Positions 1 through 10,431 of a stretch of 64,000 nt of DNA are shown piece by piece. The notes under the pieces were generated by a model. That model worked only from the letters and a program-made list of their open reading frames with translations. It was not told the origin of the DNA and ran no database searches. Every line of letters begins with the position of its first letter. Within the stretch, counting starts at the first letter, position 1. The position numbers and the translations under genes are program-made. The stretch comes from a virus (lineage: Duplodnaviria > Caudoviricetes), in IMG/VR virus record IMGVR_UViG_2511231035_000001, positions 4,513 through 68,512 of that record; one strand, 5' to 3'.

Positions 1-82
1 TTTCAAGCATGGTTAGAGGCAGTGTATCAGCAATATAAAAAGCTACGCCGCTCTGATCTGTTAATAAAGAACCGAATGACAT
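1..82 (-). CDS. Tail-region protein, 5' part only (MSFGSLLTDQSGVAFYIADTLPLTMLE...)
   Basis: ATG at 82-80 overlaps the TGA of the upstream gene; frame open to window edge. Confidence 0.55.
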   Translation of the reverse strand, partial: MSFGSLLTDQSGVAFYIADTLPLTMLE

Positions 83-390
83 CAGAGCCTCGCGAATGCC
101 AATATAATCCCCGGAACATTGGGGAATGTTCCATTTGAATAGTTACTACTAGAAACCTGAGTTACTACGATAGATGAACCACTAACGGCGATAGTTTTCC
201 TAGCGTTAGTACTACTCGGCTCTCCGGTTGGCTGAAAGAGGAAATCAAGGACGTATCCAGATGGTAATGAAAATGCCTGATTGTAATTCCCTGATGCATT
301 TATAGTCATTGTCCCTAACGCATTTATCCTTACAAGTCCGGTATTATTATCGTTGCCATTTGCATCCCATGTTCCATATCCGAATGCCAT
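82..390 (-). CDS. Small tail-tip-associated protein downstream of J
   Basis: Position after J; MAFGYGTWDANG start resembles genes following J in lambdoid tails. Confidence 0.65.
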   Translation of the reverse strand: MAFGYGTWDANGNDNNTGLVRINALGTMTINASGNYNQAFSLPSGYVLDFLFQPTGEPSSTNARKTIAVSGSSIVVTQVSSSNYSNGTFPNVPGIILAFARL

Positions 391-3300
391 CAGCTCAATT
401 TCCCCATTCTTACGCGTAATACACCATTAGCGTCATACACGCTTATTTGATTATTGGTCATGGTCATGCGGCCTGTGCTATCAGAACCGTTGTTTTCAAA
501 GTTTCCTCCCTTGTCCATTCGCCAACCGACCGAGCCAGCCACATAATTGTTTGACTGGATGTAAGTACCGATTTTGGCGTTATCAATCGACCCATCCTGA
601 ATAAATGCACTATTCATGAAGACCTGACCACCGACCACTGCAAACGGTGAAAAGCGGTTATCGCCGGTGCCGCTGAGAATGACAAACTGATTTGCGTTCA
701 CAGCAAAACGCGTATCAACCTGCGAGCCGTTGATCGTCACAGCTACCGACATTCCAGCGTCGTAGTTCTGTCCGTTATATTTAATGCCTGTCTTGAGGGT
801 GTAGATTGCTGAGGCACCAGAAGCATCAGCATACGCTGTGAGCTTTTCTGATATCGCAGCCTGCTGATCGGCAAACTGAGCGACAACATCCGTGCGCAAT
901 TCGGCCACGGATGCCACTGCATCAGCAGCTACTTTCTGAGCCTGAATAATACCCGCGCGGTTATCACCATACTGTGCCCACTGCTGTTCAACCGCGTCAT
1001 AATTGGCGAGGATGTCTTTCAGTATGGTTTCCGGGTCGGTAATAATCGGCTCAAGCAGTGCCTGCCCGTCTTCCGAATTAAAGAAGTCCTCGGCAATGTC
1101 TTCCAGATAATCCGATGCCTGGTCGTTTGCCATGCCGCGAACCCATTCCGTAAAGCCGGATTCGTTGCCAGATTTATCTACCAGCTGAGCGCGGTACCAG
1201 AAGACCTGTCCGGCACGAAGGCCAAGCTGCGTGTAGGTTGATTGCGGGTAAGGAACGTCAGCGAGCAGTACAGGACTGGATTGGTCTGCGTTAGGTGTGT
1301 ACTGAATTTCCGTCATCAGCGTATCAGACGTATTCGCCGGGAAGCCCCACGTCAGAGTGATGCCCCAGTTGATGCCCAGCGCGGTTAGCCCTACAGGTTT
1401 CGGTGGGTTGCCCACTTTTCCCGTCAGCGTTTTCTCAAGAGAATAACCCCAGCCTGACGAAATCTCGGCGGCGTTAATCGCGCGAACGCGCACCAGATAG
1501 CGGCCAGAGTAAATGCTACCCACCTCAAATGACGTGGTTGAGTTGCGCAGCACATTGACCCAGTTCCCATCATTACGCCGCCACTGAGCTTCATAGCTGA
1601 TAGCGTTTGGCGTTGCATCCCACTGCACGCGCATCGTCTCCAGGCTGATACCCTGCTGAACAACCGAATATGAGTCGATGACGATATTAGATGGTGCAGA
1701 CTGGTTACCGGGCGGAATTACGCTGATAGGACGATCATCAATTACCGCGCCGGTGTCGATGCGCGCATATTTGTCCGGGTCATGTGCTGCTGCGGTAATG
1801 GTAAACGTACCGTCTTCATTTTCAGTTACCGATGTTACGCGGTACTGCTGTGCATAAAGCTCTGTCGATTCCACGACCCATACGCATTCAGCCTCTGGTG
1901 TTTGAGAGTATGAAGCGGTGACGGTGACAACTTTTCCACTCACGCTTTGAATGGTCCGGCTTTGCGATGTTCCGTTCGGAAGATTGACCTGTAGCCGGTC
2001 CCCCGCCTTAGCATCGGGAGCACGATCAAGCGTTATTGCGCGATTGTTGACGGAGCTGATGCGCCCGCCAGCTACCAGACCGGAAAGATATTCGTCAGCA
2101 ACTGCGATGACATAGCCAGGCATTGGAATGTCGCCATCAAGACCAACAGAGAATGCAACAACGCGGTCTTTGTTGTTTGTCAGGATGCCCCAGCGCCCCT
2201 TACGGTTTGCTTCTGACTGGCGAGTACATCCAATCGCGGTCACTTCAAGCTGGTTATAAACTTTGTAGCGGGACACCAGGTCTTTTTCGAAGACAGGTTC
2301 CATCGCATCGGCATAACCATTTGCGGGATCGGAGTAAGAAACCAGCGCCGAGGTATATCGCGTTTTGGTAGTGCTGCTTGAATACGCAAATTCCCCGTCA
2401 ACCACGTTGGCATTAGTGAAGTTGTAATCGACATCGCGCGGCATATCGGCCAGCGCCACAATCTGATCGCCACCCCAGTACGTCATACCCCGGAAGATGG
2501 CCGCAAAGTCTCGCATGACCGTGTATGCATCATTACGCGTCTGCACGTAGACGTCACATTTATAACGCGGCTCGGTGCCGTTTCCGCCTCTTCCATCCGG
2601 AACCATCTGATCGCAATACTGAGCAACCTGATAAAGCGTCCATTTATCAATGTTGGCTGCTGTAAGACGATCACCAAGGCCGAAGCGATCGGTAACGACA
2701 AGGTCGTAAAATATCCATGCGGGGTTATCGGTCCACGCCCATTTAAACGTACCGAGCCAGGTGCCGGAATACGAACGTGTAACAGGATCATAATTGTCAG
2801 GAACGCGAACAATCCGACCTTTGGGTTCGCAGGTGATCTGCGGGATGCTGCCGTTAAACTGGCTTGAGTCGAATTCGATATAAAGCAGCGCTGTATTTGG
2901 ATAACGCAGTTTAGCGTCAATTACCTCTGTGTAACTCTGGAGACTCATCGTGTCGCCAACTTTGGCGCTGTTTGCATCCTGCGTTATCTTGCGAACGCGG
3001 ATGGTCCACGTGCTGCCGGCCTGCGGTAAATCAATGCGGTGGCTGCGTTCATAGCCGGTAGTTGTTTTACCCGTAACTGACGTGTTCAGCACGGTAACCC
3101 AACTGCCACCGTCGGTCTGCAGGTCTACCGCGTAATTCAGGCTGTAACCTACAAGGTCGCCATCATCTTCCTGCCTGAAAAGTGCGGGCCACTTGAGGCG
3201 CAGGCGGATCGCCGATAGCTGCGTATTGGTGAAGGTATGAATCCAGGAGGTTGAGCTGGAAATATCGGTACCAACAGCGATTTCATTTTCTGTGCCGGGT

Positions 3301-3566
3301 ATGCCCTGAATGTAATTCTGCGCCTGTGTGCCAGGTCTGAACTCCCACGCAACACCGCTGAAGTTCTGAGAGCCGTCAGCATTCTCAATCGCAGTGCCGT
3401 CCAGAAAAATCTGCTTACCGGACAATCCGCCATAAAACTCACCCTCTCCGAGTGCCAGGAGGATTTTGGCTTTTGCTACAGACTGGAGGTCGTCGGGTTG
3501 TTCTGTTGGTGTGCGGGATGAAGAAGAGCCGCCCTTGCGGCCTTTGATAGCGGTAGCTGTAGCCAT
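390..3566 (-). CDS. J: Central tail fibre / host specificity protein (lambda J-like)
   Basis: 1058 aa; GEGE, FN3-like and C-terminal FMNSAFIQDGSI motifs; follows gene I. Confidence 0.95.
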   Translation of the reverse strand: MATATAIKGRKGGSSSSRTPTEQPDDLQSVAKAKILLALGEGEFYGGLSGKQIFLDGTAIENADGSQNFSGVAWEFRPGTQAQNYIQGIPGTENEIAVGTDISSSTSWIHTFTNTQLSAIRLRLKWPALFRQEDDGDLVGYSLNYAVDLQTDGGSWVTVLNTSVTGKTTTGYERSHRIDLPQAGSTWTIRVRKITQDANSAKVGDTMSLQSYTEVIDAKLRYPNTALLYIEFDSSQFNGSIPQITCEPKGRIVRVPDNYDPVTRSYSGTWLGTFKWAWTDNPAWIFYDLVVTDRFGLGDRLTAANIDKWTLYQVAQYCDQMVPDGRGGNGTEPRYKCDVYVQTRNDAYTVMRDFAAIFRGMTYWGGDQIVALADMPRDVDYNFTNANVVDGEFAYSSSTTKTRYTSALVSYSDPANGYADAMEPVFEKDLVSRYKVYNQLEVTAIGCTRQSEANRKGRWGILTNNKDRVVAFSVGLDGDIPMPGYVIAVADEYLSGLVAGGRISSVNNRAITLDRAPDAKAGDRLQVNLPNGTSQSRTIQSVSGKVVTVTASYSQTPEAECVWVVESTELYAQQYRVTSVTENEDGTFTITAAAHDPDKYARIDTGAVIDDRPISVIPPGNQSAPSNIVIDSYSVVQQGISLETMRVQWDATPNAISYEAQWRRNDGNWVNVLRNSTTSFEVGSIYSGRYLVRVRAINAAEISSGWGYSLEKTLTGKVGNPPKPVGLTALGINWGITLTWGFPANTSDTLMTEIQYTPNADQSSPVLLADVPYPQSTYTQLGLRAGQVFWYRAQLVDKSGNESGFTEWVRGMANDQASDYLEDIAEDFFNSEDGQALLEPIITDPETILKDILANYDAVEQQWAQYGDNRAGIIQAQKVAADAVASVAELRTDVVAQFADQQAAISEKLTAYADASGASAIYTLKTGIKYNGQNYDAGMSVAVTINGSQVDTRFAVNANQFVILSGTGDNRFSPFAVVGGQVFMNSAFIQDGSIDNAKIGTYIQSNNYVAGSVGWRMDKGGNFENNGSDSTGRMTMTNNQISVYDANGVLRVRMGKLS

Positions 3567-3623
3567 ATTGCGCCCATAAAAAAAGGGCCTCCGAAGAGAC
3601 CCTTAAAATGATGAATTAACGAG

Positions 3624-4232
3624 TTACTGCTGATCCTCCACGTAAATTCCCGCAGAGATAATTGCCCCGCCTATGCGCCGCTGTCCGTAGAGAAGAGGAA
3701 CCGGATAGCCCTGTGCGGCGGTATTTGTTGGACTGCCGAAAGCATATGACGCCTGATTGTCAGCATCTTGTTTACTGGATAGACCAGGTGTTTGCGGTGA
3801 AAGCATCTGGATAACACCGCCAACCATCATCGCAGCACCCATTTGCATAAGCGGAACCCCCCAAGCCCCGCCACCTAAAGCTTGCCCCCAAGGAGTAAAT
3901 GCACCTATTGCACCAACAACGACAAGCACAGCACCAAGAATTGTCTGTAACAATCCTCCACGTTTTGAACCTATGAAAATTGGAGCAATACGAATATCCT
4001 CGCTCCCACGATCCATGTCCAATTCATCCTGACTTACATTTCTCTTTCCGCTGAAAACAGAATATGTTAACCCTTTTTTTTTACTGTTATTCAAAAACAA
4101 TTCAAAACCGGGAAACACTACACACATAGCCCTTATCGCTTCTCTTGGTGTTTCAACCGCCATATGATGAACCCTGCCAAAAGTATTACCAAGGACACCA
4201 TATAACCTAATAGTGCGCATTCTTTGTTCCAT
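3624..4232 (-). CDS. I: Tail assembly protein I
   Basis: RTIRLYGVLG start and GYPVPLLYGQRRIGGAIISAG end; likely start at MEQRM (4232). Confidence 0.92.
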   Translation of the reverse strand: MEQRMRTIRLYGVLGNTFGRVHHMAVETPREAIRAMCVVFPGFELFLNNSKKKGLTYSVFSGKRNVSQDELDMDRGSEDIRIAPIFIGSKRGGLLQTILGAVLVVVGAIGAFTPWGQALGGGAWGVPLMQMGAAMMVGGVIQMLSPQTPGLSSKQDADNQASYAFGSPTNTAAQGYPVPLLYGQRRIGGAIISAGIYVEDQQ

Positions 4233-4273
4233 AATTAGCCCCAATAAAAAACCCACCTAGTGGTGGGTTGTTT

Positions 4274-4699
4274 TTATTTTAAAGTCGTAGGTAGGATATC
4301 TATATTCCCGCTTTGGTCTATAAATATTCTTAAGTTTTTAGGCTTGTTTTGTTCAATAACAAAATCCCTTTCTTTAACTGATCCACCATTACAAAATCCA
4401 CGCCCCATAAATCCAGCGCCAACGGTGATGTTCCCAGGGTTAACATATGCTGTCGTTTTTTCACCCGTTCCTAATTGAGCAACGTCATCCCCATCAATTA
4501 AAACTGTTATGGAGCATCCGCCAGATACCAATCCGTTATCCCTAACTATAGTTAGAGCAACTCGTCCTTGCTGAAATGAGAAATTTGGCGCTGATTTTAC
4601 AGCTTTAGCTATGTTGGGTGCCACTGACGTGGAAGAGCATCCATATAAACAGAAACAAAGAATCGCAATTGCTAATTTGATATTAAATATTCCCATCAT
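4274..4699 (-). CDS. Moron lipoprotein
   Basis: Signal peptide with lipobox-like LYGC; AT-rich; between K and I. Confidence 0.75.
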   Translation of the reverse strand: MMGIFNIKLAIAILCFCLYGCSSTSVAPNIAKAVKSAPNFSFQQGRVALTIVRDNGLVSGGCSITVLIDGDDVAQLGTGEKTTAYVNPGNITVGAGFMGRGFCNGGSVKERDFVIEQNKPKNLRIFIDQSGNIDILPTTLK

Positions 4700-4920
4700 A
4701 GCCCCTGTTTTTTTCTTGCCTCGTCGAGGATTTTTTCGGCTTCGCTCAGGTTGTCGTTTGCGTAATCTTTTTCACCTATTAGCTTGCCGAGTTTTTTATC
4801 TATAGATTCAAGCAGCTCAACCTGCCTATTTGCTCTAACGCTGGCCCGATTAATATAGAACCAGATAAAAATAGAAACCAAACAAATAATTATTGTCCAA
4901 AATAAATCACTATTTCCCAT
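4696..4920 (-). CDS. YebO-like small membrane protein (moron)
   Basis: N-terminal TM helix then INRASVRANRQVELLESI. Confidence 0.7.
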   Translation of the reverse strand: MGNSDLFWTIIICLVSIFIWFYINRASVRANRQVELLESIDKKLGKLIGEKDYANDNLSEAEKILDEARKKQGL

Positions 4921-4959
4921 GAAACCCTCCTTAGATTGAGAGGAAATCGTAGCATGGCG

Positions 4960-5670
4960 TTAAGACAAATTCACATGTCTTACGATCTTCATCGTCCTTT
5001 CCTGCCAGTAGCCGCCGTAAGGGATTCTGTTACTGACCCGTCCATAAAGATGGTGCAGCATCATATTTCCATCCAACATCACGCCTGCGTGATTCCACTT
5101 ATTTGACTGAACCTGCATCAGGATCACATCACTTGGCTGAGGAGCGCCCTCAACTTCGACAAAGCCCCCCTTTTGCCAGTTATCCTGATAGAGATTTTCC
5201 GGATACTGGTCTTCCCACCATGGGTAATCGACGCGGTAATCGGGAAGCTCTATTTCATGTTCCTGTCTGAAATAACTCATAACCAGACCCCAGCAGTCGG
5301 AGTGACCCAGCACAAACGGGCGACCAATCAGCGGGAGTTCATCGCGCGGCTGAATCGTGCGTAAGTCACCTTCTGGCCAACTCACGATATGCCACGGCAC
5401 GCCGCTTGCATCACACATCGCTTCATCCAGTGGACTGGGGCGCGTGGTTGCGTCCGGGTGGCTGTGGGCAATGGCGATCACAGTTCCCCACTCCTCCGCT
5501 TCGGCGTAATCCTCTGGTGAAAGATGAAACTGCTCAGTAGGTTCTGGTGCCATATTTCGGCAGGGAAAGTAGCGCTCTACCCGGCTTTTCTGCGCTATGA
5601 CACCGCAGCACTCGCGCGGGTATTCCGCCTCTGCATGTGCCAGAAGCGCATCAATTGTTTTCTGACGCAT
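4960..5670 (-). CDS. K: Tail assembly protein K (JAB plus NlpC/P60 domains)
   Basis: HSHP JAB motif, DCWGLV and HAGV motifs. Confidence 0.95.
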   Translation of the reverse strand: MRQKTIDALLAHAEAEYPRECCGVIAQKSRVERYFPCRNMAPEPTEQFHLSPEDYAEAEEWGTVIAIAHSHPDATTRPSPLDEAMCDASGVPWHIVSWPEGDLRTIQPRDELPLIGRPFVLGHSDCWGLVMSYFRQEHEIELPDYRVDYPWWEDQYPENLYQDNWQKGGFVEVEGAPQPSDVILMQVQSNKWNHAGVMLDGNMMLHHLYGRVSNRIPYGGYWQERTMKIVRHVNLS

Positions 5671-5672
5671 GA

Positions 5673-6428
5673 TTAGCTCCGGATTAGCGAGGTGCCGGGG
5701 AAGCCACCGAACGACAGCTCATTGTTTTCACCGTATCGCTTCTTACACCCCGTCAGCGTGCCACTACATTCATCAAGCGATGGATCGTCTACCGGGTTGT
5801 TGAACTTGTCGAAGTAGCGCGTGCCAGCGTAATCACAGCCATCACCGGAGCGATACTTGCCGCGAATACACCAGGTGCACAGAGAATGAAGCTGCCGCGT
5901 GGGGATCATCAGCCCCTGCAAATCCATCGGGCTGCTGAGCATGAACTCAACCTGTGTTTTAGTCTCGGTGCTTTTGCTGTCGATGTAGAACACCTTCAGC
6001 TTTTCCTGTGTCGGATCAGCTGCGGTATTTCCACCAGCAAAGTTTTTCGCATCAAGATACTGCGCCAGCGTGTCATGAATGGACACCTTCGCCTGCAGCA
6101 TGTCGTCATATGCCAGACATAGTGCGGTGATTGAACCATCGAGGTTAGCCACCGTTAATTTTGGCTGGGCGCTGCTGCCGGTTGTGGACGACTCCATGCC
6201 TTCGATTTTGCATGGCCACGCTTTATATTCGGCACCCTGCCACCAGATGGATTTTGCCGGAAGCTTAGTTTCATCACCGCCTGCAGCAATAATTTCCGCC
6301 TCAGTGTGCGGGATGTTATAAGCGTGAAATCGCAAGACCTCCGCCACGTCGAACGCGGTACCATCCACCTCAAACAGGCGAACGGCGTTACCCGGCTCAA
6401 GCTTCTGATAATCGCTGTTCAGACTCAT
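5673..6428 (-). CDS. L: Minor tail protein L
   Basis: Cys-rich C-terminus and FGGFPG end. Confidence 0.95.
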   Translation of the reverse strand: MSLNSDYQKLEPGNAVRLFEVDGTAFDVAEVLRFHAYNIPHTEAEIIAAGGDETKLPAKSIWWQGAEYKAWPCKIEGMESSTTGSSAQPKLTVANLDGSITALCLAYDDMLQAKVSIHDTLAQYLDAKNFAGGNTAADPTQEKLKVFYIDSKSTETKTQVEFMLSSPMDLQGLMIPTRQLHSLCTWCIRGKYRSGDGCDYAGTRYFDKFNNPVDDPSLDECSGTLTGCKKRYGENNELSFGGFPGTSLIRS

Positions 6429-6763
6429 GGTTTAAACGCCTGCAAAAACGTCGCGTCGAGGTTATATTTCTTTCCGCCGAGCGCGGTAGGTTTGTAAGTC
6501 TCGCAGCGGTAAAGACCGATGCTTTCCAGTGGAGGTTTCCACTGAAAAGCCCGTGTTCCACCGTGTGCGTCCAGAAAATCCTTTATTGCTTTGATGTAAG
6601 CCTCACTGCCGGTAAAGCTGAGCGTCCATTCCTGACTGCGTGGATTCAGCCCGTCACCGGCAACCTGGGTATAACCATCACCAAACTGAACAGTGCGGTT
6701 CCTGAACTTAGCTTCAGCTTCAGCATTGATGCGCGGACACCATGTAAAAACTTCGATAGCCAT
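6425..6763 (-). CDS. M: Minor (distal) tail protein M
   Basis: QFGDGYTQ and FLDAHGGTRAFQW motifs. Confidence 0.93.
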   Translation of the reverse strand: MAIEVFTWCPRINAEAEAKFRNRTVQFGDGYTQVAGDGLNPRSQEWTLSFTGSEAYIKAIKDFLDAHGGTRAFQWKPPLESIGLYRCETYKPTALGGKKYNLDATFLQAFKP

Positions 6764-6765
6764 AT

Positions 6766-9700
6766 TTATCTACTCTTAGCCATGTTCCAGATGTCACCAC
6801 CAGGGCGAATATCGCGCATTTTCAGTTGCTGATATCGCTGATCCACGAACCGGCCAATTTCAGAACCGAATTGCTCAAGCCCTGCTGTTGATTGCGTATT
6901 CGTGTTTCCGCTTCCATCAATGTTGATGATAACCGTAGGTGCGCCACCCGGTGTTGCGCTGTTGACACCCCCCACCGCCCGGACGCCGAGAGAGCCATCC
7001 GCCGCGCGCGTGAGAGGCATGATAGCCTCCGGACCAGCCTCACCCATCAGACCGGCCCCCTTAGCAAACGCAAACATTGTGGGAGAGCTGACAACGCTGT
7101 TGCTGTATGCGCTGAGCGATGGAGAGTCATAAACCCCGCCCTTCGCATTAAACGTCAGGTTGCTGAAGTCACGCCCGCTGTTGAATGCAGTGCTCGTGCC
7201 ACTGCCTGCACTTGCAGCTGTTCCACCGAAGTAGCTGGCGGCTCCGGATATCAGAGACCCAAAGAGTCCACTGGAAGAAGAACCGCCGCCGATCGCATTC
7301 ACAACCGCCATTTGGGTGGCAACCTTTGCAATGATCTGGAGAATTGATATCCCCCATGATTTCCAGCTGACTTTGTTGCCTTCAAGCATGGAGGTGACAT
7401 TGCTGAATGCGCTATCCATCGTTGATTTGACGCCGTCTGAGACTGTGCCTGATACGTTGGTCATCTCATCCAGCCAGTTGTTGTAACCCTTGCCGACGCC
7501 GGATAACCAGTTCTGTTCAGCAGCTTCAATCGCCTGATACTTTTTATCCAGCGCATCCAGCGCCTGCTGGCGCGCAGCAATCGCGGCGGTACCTTTGTCC
7601 GTTTTATCGAAGACGCGCTCAACCTGCTGCCGATCGTCGTACATGCTCCGCTGGCGATCGCTCATGCCTGCGGTGTCGGTAGTCTGGGCTGCATCATCCC
7701 GGTATTTACGGGCGGCATCGGTCAAATCTTTAAGCGCTTCGGTTTGCTCACGCTGTTTCCGCACGTTTTCTTCAGCGCGCTGGGTCCAGGTGGCAAGCTC
7801 CGCTGAATTACTCCGTATGGCTTTGCGTTGTTCTTCCGTCCATTTTGCGCCCGTCTGATGTGAGGCGGCGTAGAGTTCAGAAGCCTTTTCACCCTCAGTT
7901 GCGCGAACCTTCTGCACTTCAATGGCAACGCTGAGGTCTGCCATTTTGCGCGCATAGTTTTCTGACTGCTGCGCCGCTGCCCGCTCCTCTTTACCCTGTT
8001 CACTGACGGCTTTTTTACCTTCCCGCAGGGACTTGTTCAGGTCCTCCTGCTTCTGCCATGCCTGAACGGTATTGCTGATAAACTTCTGCCGCGCCTCGGT
8101 ATACTCTGGCGTATTAGTCAGCCCTGCATCATCAGCGGAATATTCTGCCTGACGCCTTACGCGGGCAGCGCCGGAGAGACCGGCCAGCTCGTTTTCACGC
8201 CCTGACTTCTGCAGCAGGTCAGACTGCTTTGAAGTGAGCTGAGCCGATGGAATCCGAAAGGGTGCGTTTGCCAGATTACTTCGGGTCGCAAGAAGTTCAT
8301 TACCGAGTGACAGCAGGCGGTTAAATTCCGTGTGCTGGCCGTTCATCATCAGCAGCGACTGATAGGCCGTGTTCTGCTGAGCGGCCTGCTCACGAATCAG
8401 CGTTACCCGACGATACTCCAGAGACTCCAGCACCTGCTGAATTGTTGCTGCTTTCTCCTGCATCTGGTTAAGTCGCGCCTGCTCGACCGCCAGTTCAGAT
8501 GTAGCCTGCTGCATTCCGGTAGATACTTCCTCAACGCTCGTCAGATAATTAATAAGGAAGCCGCCGACGGACGGGCCGGGATTTGCCATTATCTGCTGAT
8601 AACCCTGTATCTGCGTTTTGAGCTTATCAACCTTCGCGGCCTGCTCGTCGATCAGCCGGTTCTGCTCGTCCATTGACGTGCGGGTTTTTGACTGAGTATC
8701 AGAAACCTCTGGCAGGCTCATGCCCGGCGCAGCTTTTCTGACATCATTCAGCGTTTCGATGTAAGCGCGCGCTGATTCCCGCGCCTGCTCCTGCCGCTGA
8801 TACATGGTGTACCAGGCACCGGCACCCAGCATTAGCAGGCCGGGAATGCCACCCACCAGACCCAGAACGCCGCTGGTAAGCCGCGAACCAACGGATGTAA
8901 TGCTGTTCAGTCGTTCCTGCGCGGCGGCTCGCGCATTCACATTACGCGTCAGCACTGCCTGCGTTGCTGCCAGTCGGCGCTCTGCAGCTTCCTGTGTTGC
9001 CGTTCCTCTGGCTGCTACTACCGCCTGCTGTGCGCGGTAAACAGCTGCGCGCGCGCGCGCGGTTGAAATCTGCGTGCCCCGGATTTGAGCCTGCGTCAGC
9101 GCGACTTCGCTCTTGTACGCCGTTACGATACCGGCAGAAGCTGAGATTGCGCCCGATGCCATACCGCCAAAGAATTTAGCGGCCCCTACGGCAACCAGCG
9201 CACCGGCAACCGTAGCCACCGAATCGATATTTTTCGCTGTACCTTCCAGTACGCCAGAAAGTGATGCGGTTACGCCAGAGGTGGTATTCGCTTCACCCAC
9301 CCACTGCTGGAAGGCGTTCTGCACTTTAGTGACCGAGCCTGAGACCGAATCAGGCAGGGATGAGAATTCGCCGCGCAGCTTATCGAGCTGGCTGGTCAGC
9401 GCTGGCACCACTTTATCAATGGTGAGCTGCCCCTGATCGGCCATCGCCTTCAGGTCTTTACGCGCCACGCCCATGCCGGCGGCAAGAGCACGAATAACAC
9501 GGTCGCCGGATTCGTTCACCGCGTTGAATTCTTCGCCGCGCAAGACGCCCTGAGCAAGCGCCTGGCTGAACTGAGTAATAACGGAGCTACTTTCCTCAGC
9601 ACTTGCCCCTGAAAGTTTCAGGCCGGTAGACACCGCTTCTGTAACCTTCAGCACTTCCTGTGCGCTGTAACCAAATTCACGCATCGATGCAGCAGAGCGC

Positions 9701-10101
9701 GAATAGAGATTGGCGTTATCGTCGAAAGCGGTGCCGGTGCGCTGGCTGATATCCATCAGCGATTTCTGCACGGTTGCAAACTCACTTGTAGACTGTGAAG
9801 CCTGCTTAAGTCGAGCGTTTACCGCGTTCCAGTTATCGGCCAGTTCAATCAGGTGACCAGCAGCAAACGCGCCGGCAAAAACGCCCGTCATCTCCAGCGC
9901 GGTTTCTTTAGTTGAAACCAGTTGCTCGTTCAGCTCCTGAATTGCACGCTGACTTTCCCGCGCGGCCACAGCGGCACGACGCCCTCCCTGCTCCATCGTC
10001 CGGTAATAATCGGCCCCCATTCGAGAGGCGCGCGCAATCTCTGACTGAAAAGAGCTGGAGTTCGCAGAGATTTTGATAATCAGTTCGCGCAGCGTTGCCA
10101 T
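6766..10101 (-). CDS. H: Tail tape measure protein
   Basis: 1111 aa Ala-rich coiled coil; QFSQALAQGVLRGEEFNAV; C-terminal MGEAGPEAIMPL. Confidence 0.96.
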   Translation of the reverse strand: MATLRELIIKISANSSSFQSEIARASRMGADYYRTMEQGGRRAAVAARESQRAIQELNEQLVSTKETALEMTGVFAGAFAAGHLIELADNWNAVNARLKQASQSTSEFATVQKSLMDISQRTGTAFDDNANLYSRSAASMREFGYSAQEVLKVTEAVSTGLKLSGASAEESSSVITQFSQALAQGVLRGEEFNAVNESGDRVIRALAAGMGVARKDLKAMADQGQLTIDKVVPALTSQLDKLRGEFSSLPDSVSGSVTKVQNAFQQWVGEANTTSGVTASLSGVLEGTAKNIDSVATVAGALVAVGAAKFFGGMASGAISASAGIVTAYKSEVALTQAQIRGTQISTARARAAVYRAQQAVVAARGTATQEAAERRLAATQAVLTRNVNARAAAQERLNSITSVGSRLTSGVLGLVGGIPGLLMLGAGAWYTMYQRQEQARESARAYIETLNDVRKAAPGMSLPEVSDTQSKTRTSMDEQNRLIDEQAAKVDKLKTQIQGYQQIMANPGPSVGGFLINYLTSVEEVSTGMQQATSELAVEQARLNQMQEKAATIQQVLESLEYRRVTLIREQAAQQNTAYQSLLMMNGQHTEFNRLLSLGNELLATRSNLANAPFRIPSAQLTSKQSDLLQKSGRENELAGLSGAARVRRQAEYSADDAGLTNTPEYTEARQKFISNTVQAWQKQEDLNKSLREGKKAVSEQGKEERAAAQQSENYARKMADLSVAIEVQKVRATEGEKASELYAASHQTGAKWTEEQRKAIRSNSAELATWTQRAEENVRKQREQTEALKDLTDAARKYRDDAAQTTDTAGMSDRQRSMYDDRQQVERVFDKTDKGTAAIAARQQALDALDKKYQAIEAAEQNWLSGVGKGYNNWLDEMTNVSGTVSDGVKSTMDSAFSNVTSMLEGNKVSWKSWGISILQIIAKVATQMAVVNAIGGGSSSSGLFGSLISGAASYFGGTAASAGSGTSTAFNSGRDFSNLTFNAKGGVYDSPSLSAYSNSVVSSPTMFAFAKGAGLMGEAGPEAIMPLTRAADGSLGVRAVGGVNSATPGGAPTVIINIDGSGNTNTQSTAGLEQFGSEIGRFVDQRYQQLKMRDIRPGGDIWNMAKSR

Positions 10102-10134
10102 AGTTCACCCTGTAAATCCCGCTGGCGCGGGTAA

Positions 10135-10431
10135 TTAAAGACCTGATATCCACGTTTCAAGGCCGCTGGTTTCTTTCTCTTCTTCTGCTTCAGCCCACTT
10201 CAGTTGCAGATCGCTAATGGTTGTTTTAGCGCCCTGCGAATTCAGTACGGCAGCTGAAATTTGCGCAGCCTGAATATCACCCCGGAAGTCCCCTATAGGG
10301 CTGAGGCGGTCATAGGCGATCCACATTTTCATTTCACTGGCGCTGAGGGTTTCGCGGATTTCTTTGAGGGTTCGACCCAGACGCAGCGCCAGAGTCATCA
10401 GGAAGAAAGTCAGCGGCTCTTTTACTTTGCC
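10135..10431 (-). CDS. Tail assembly chaperone T segment, probably made as G-T by -1 frameshift
   Basis: The -1 frame is open across the G stop (..GKVKEPLTFFLMTLALRLGRT..). Confidence 0.75.
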   Translation of the reverse strand, partial: GKVKEPLTFFLMTLALRLGRTLKEIRETLSASEMKMWIAYDRLSPIGDFRGDIQAAQISAAVLNSQGAKTTISDLQLKWAEAEEEKETSGLETWISGL

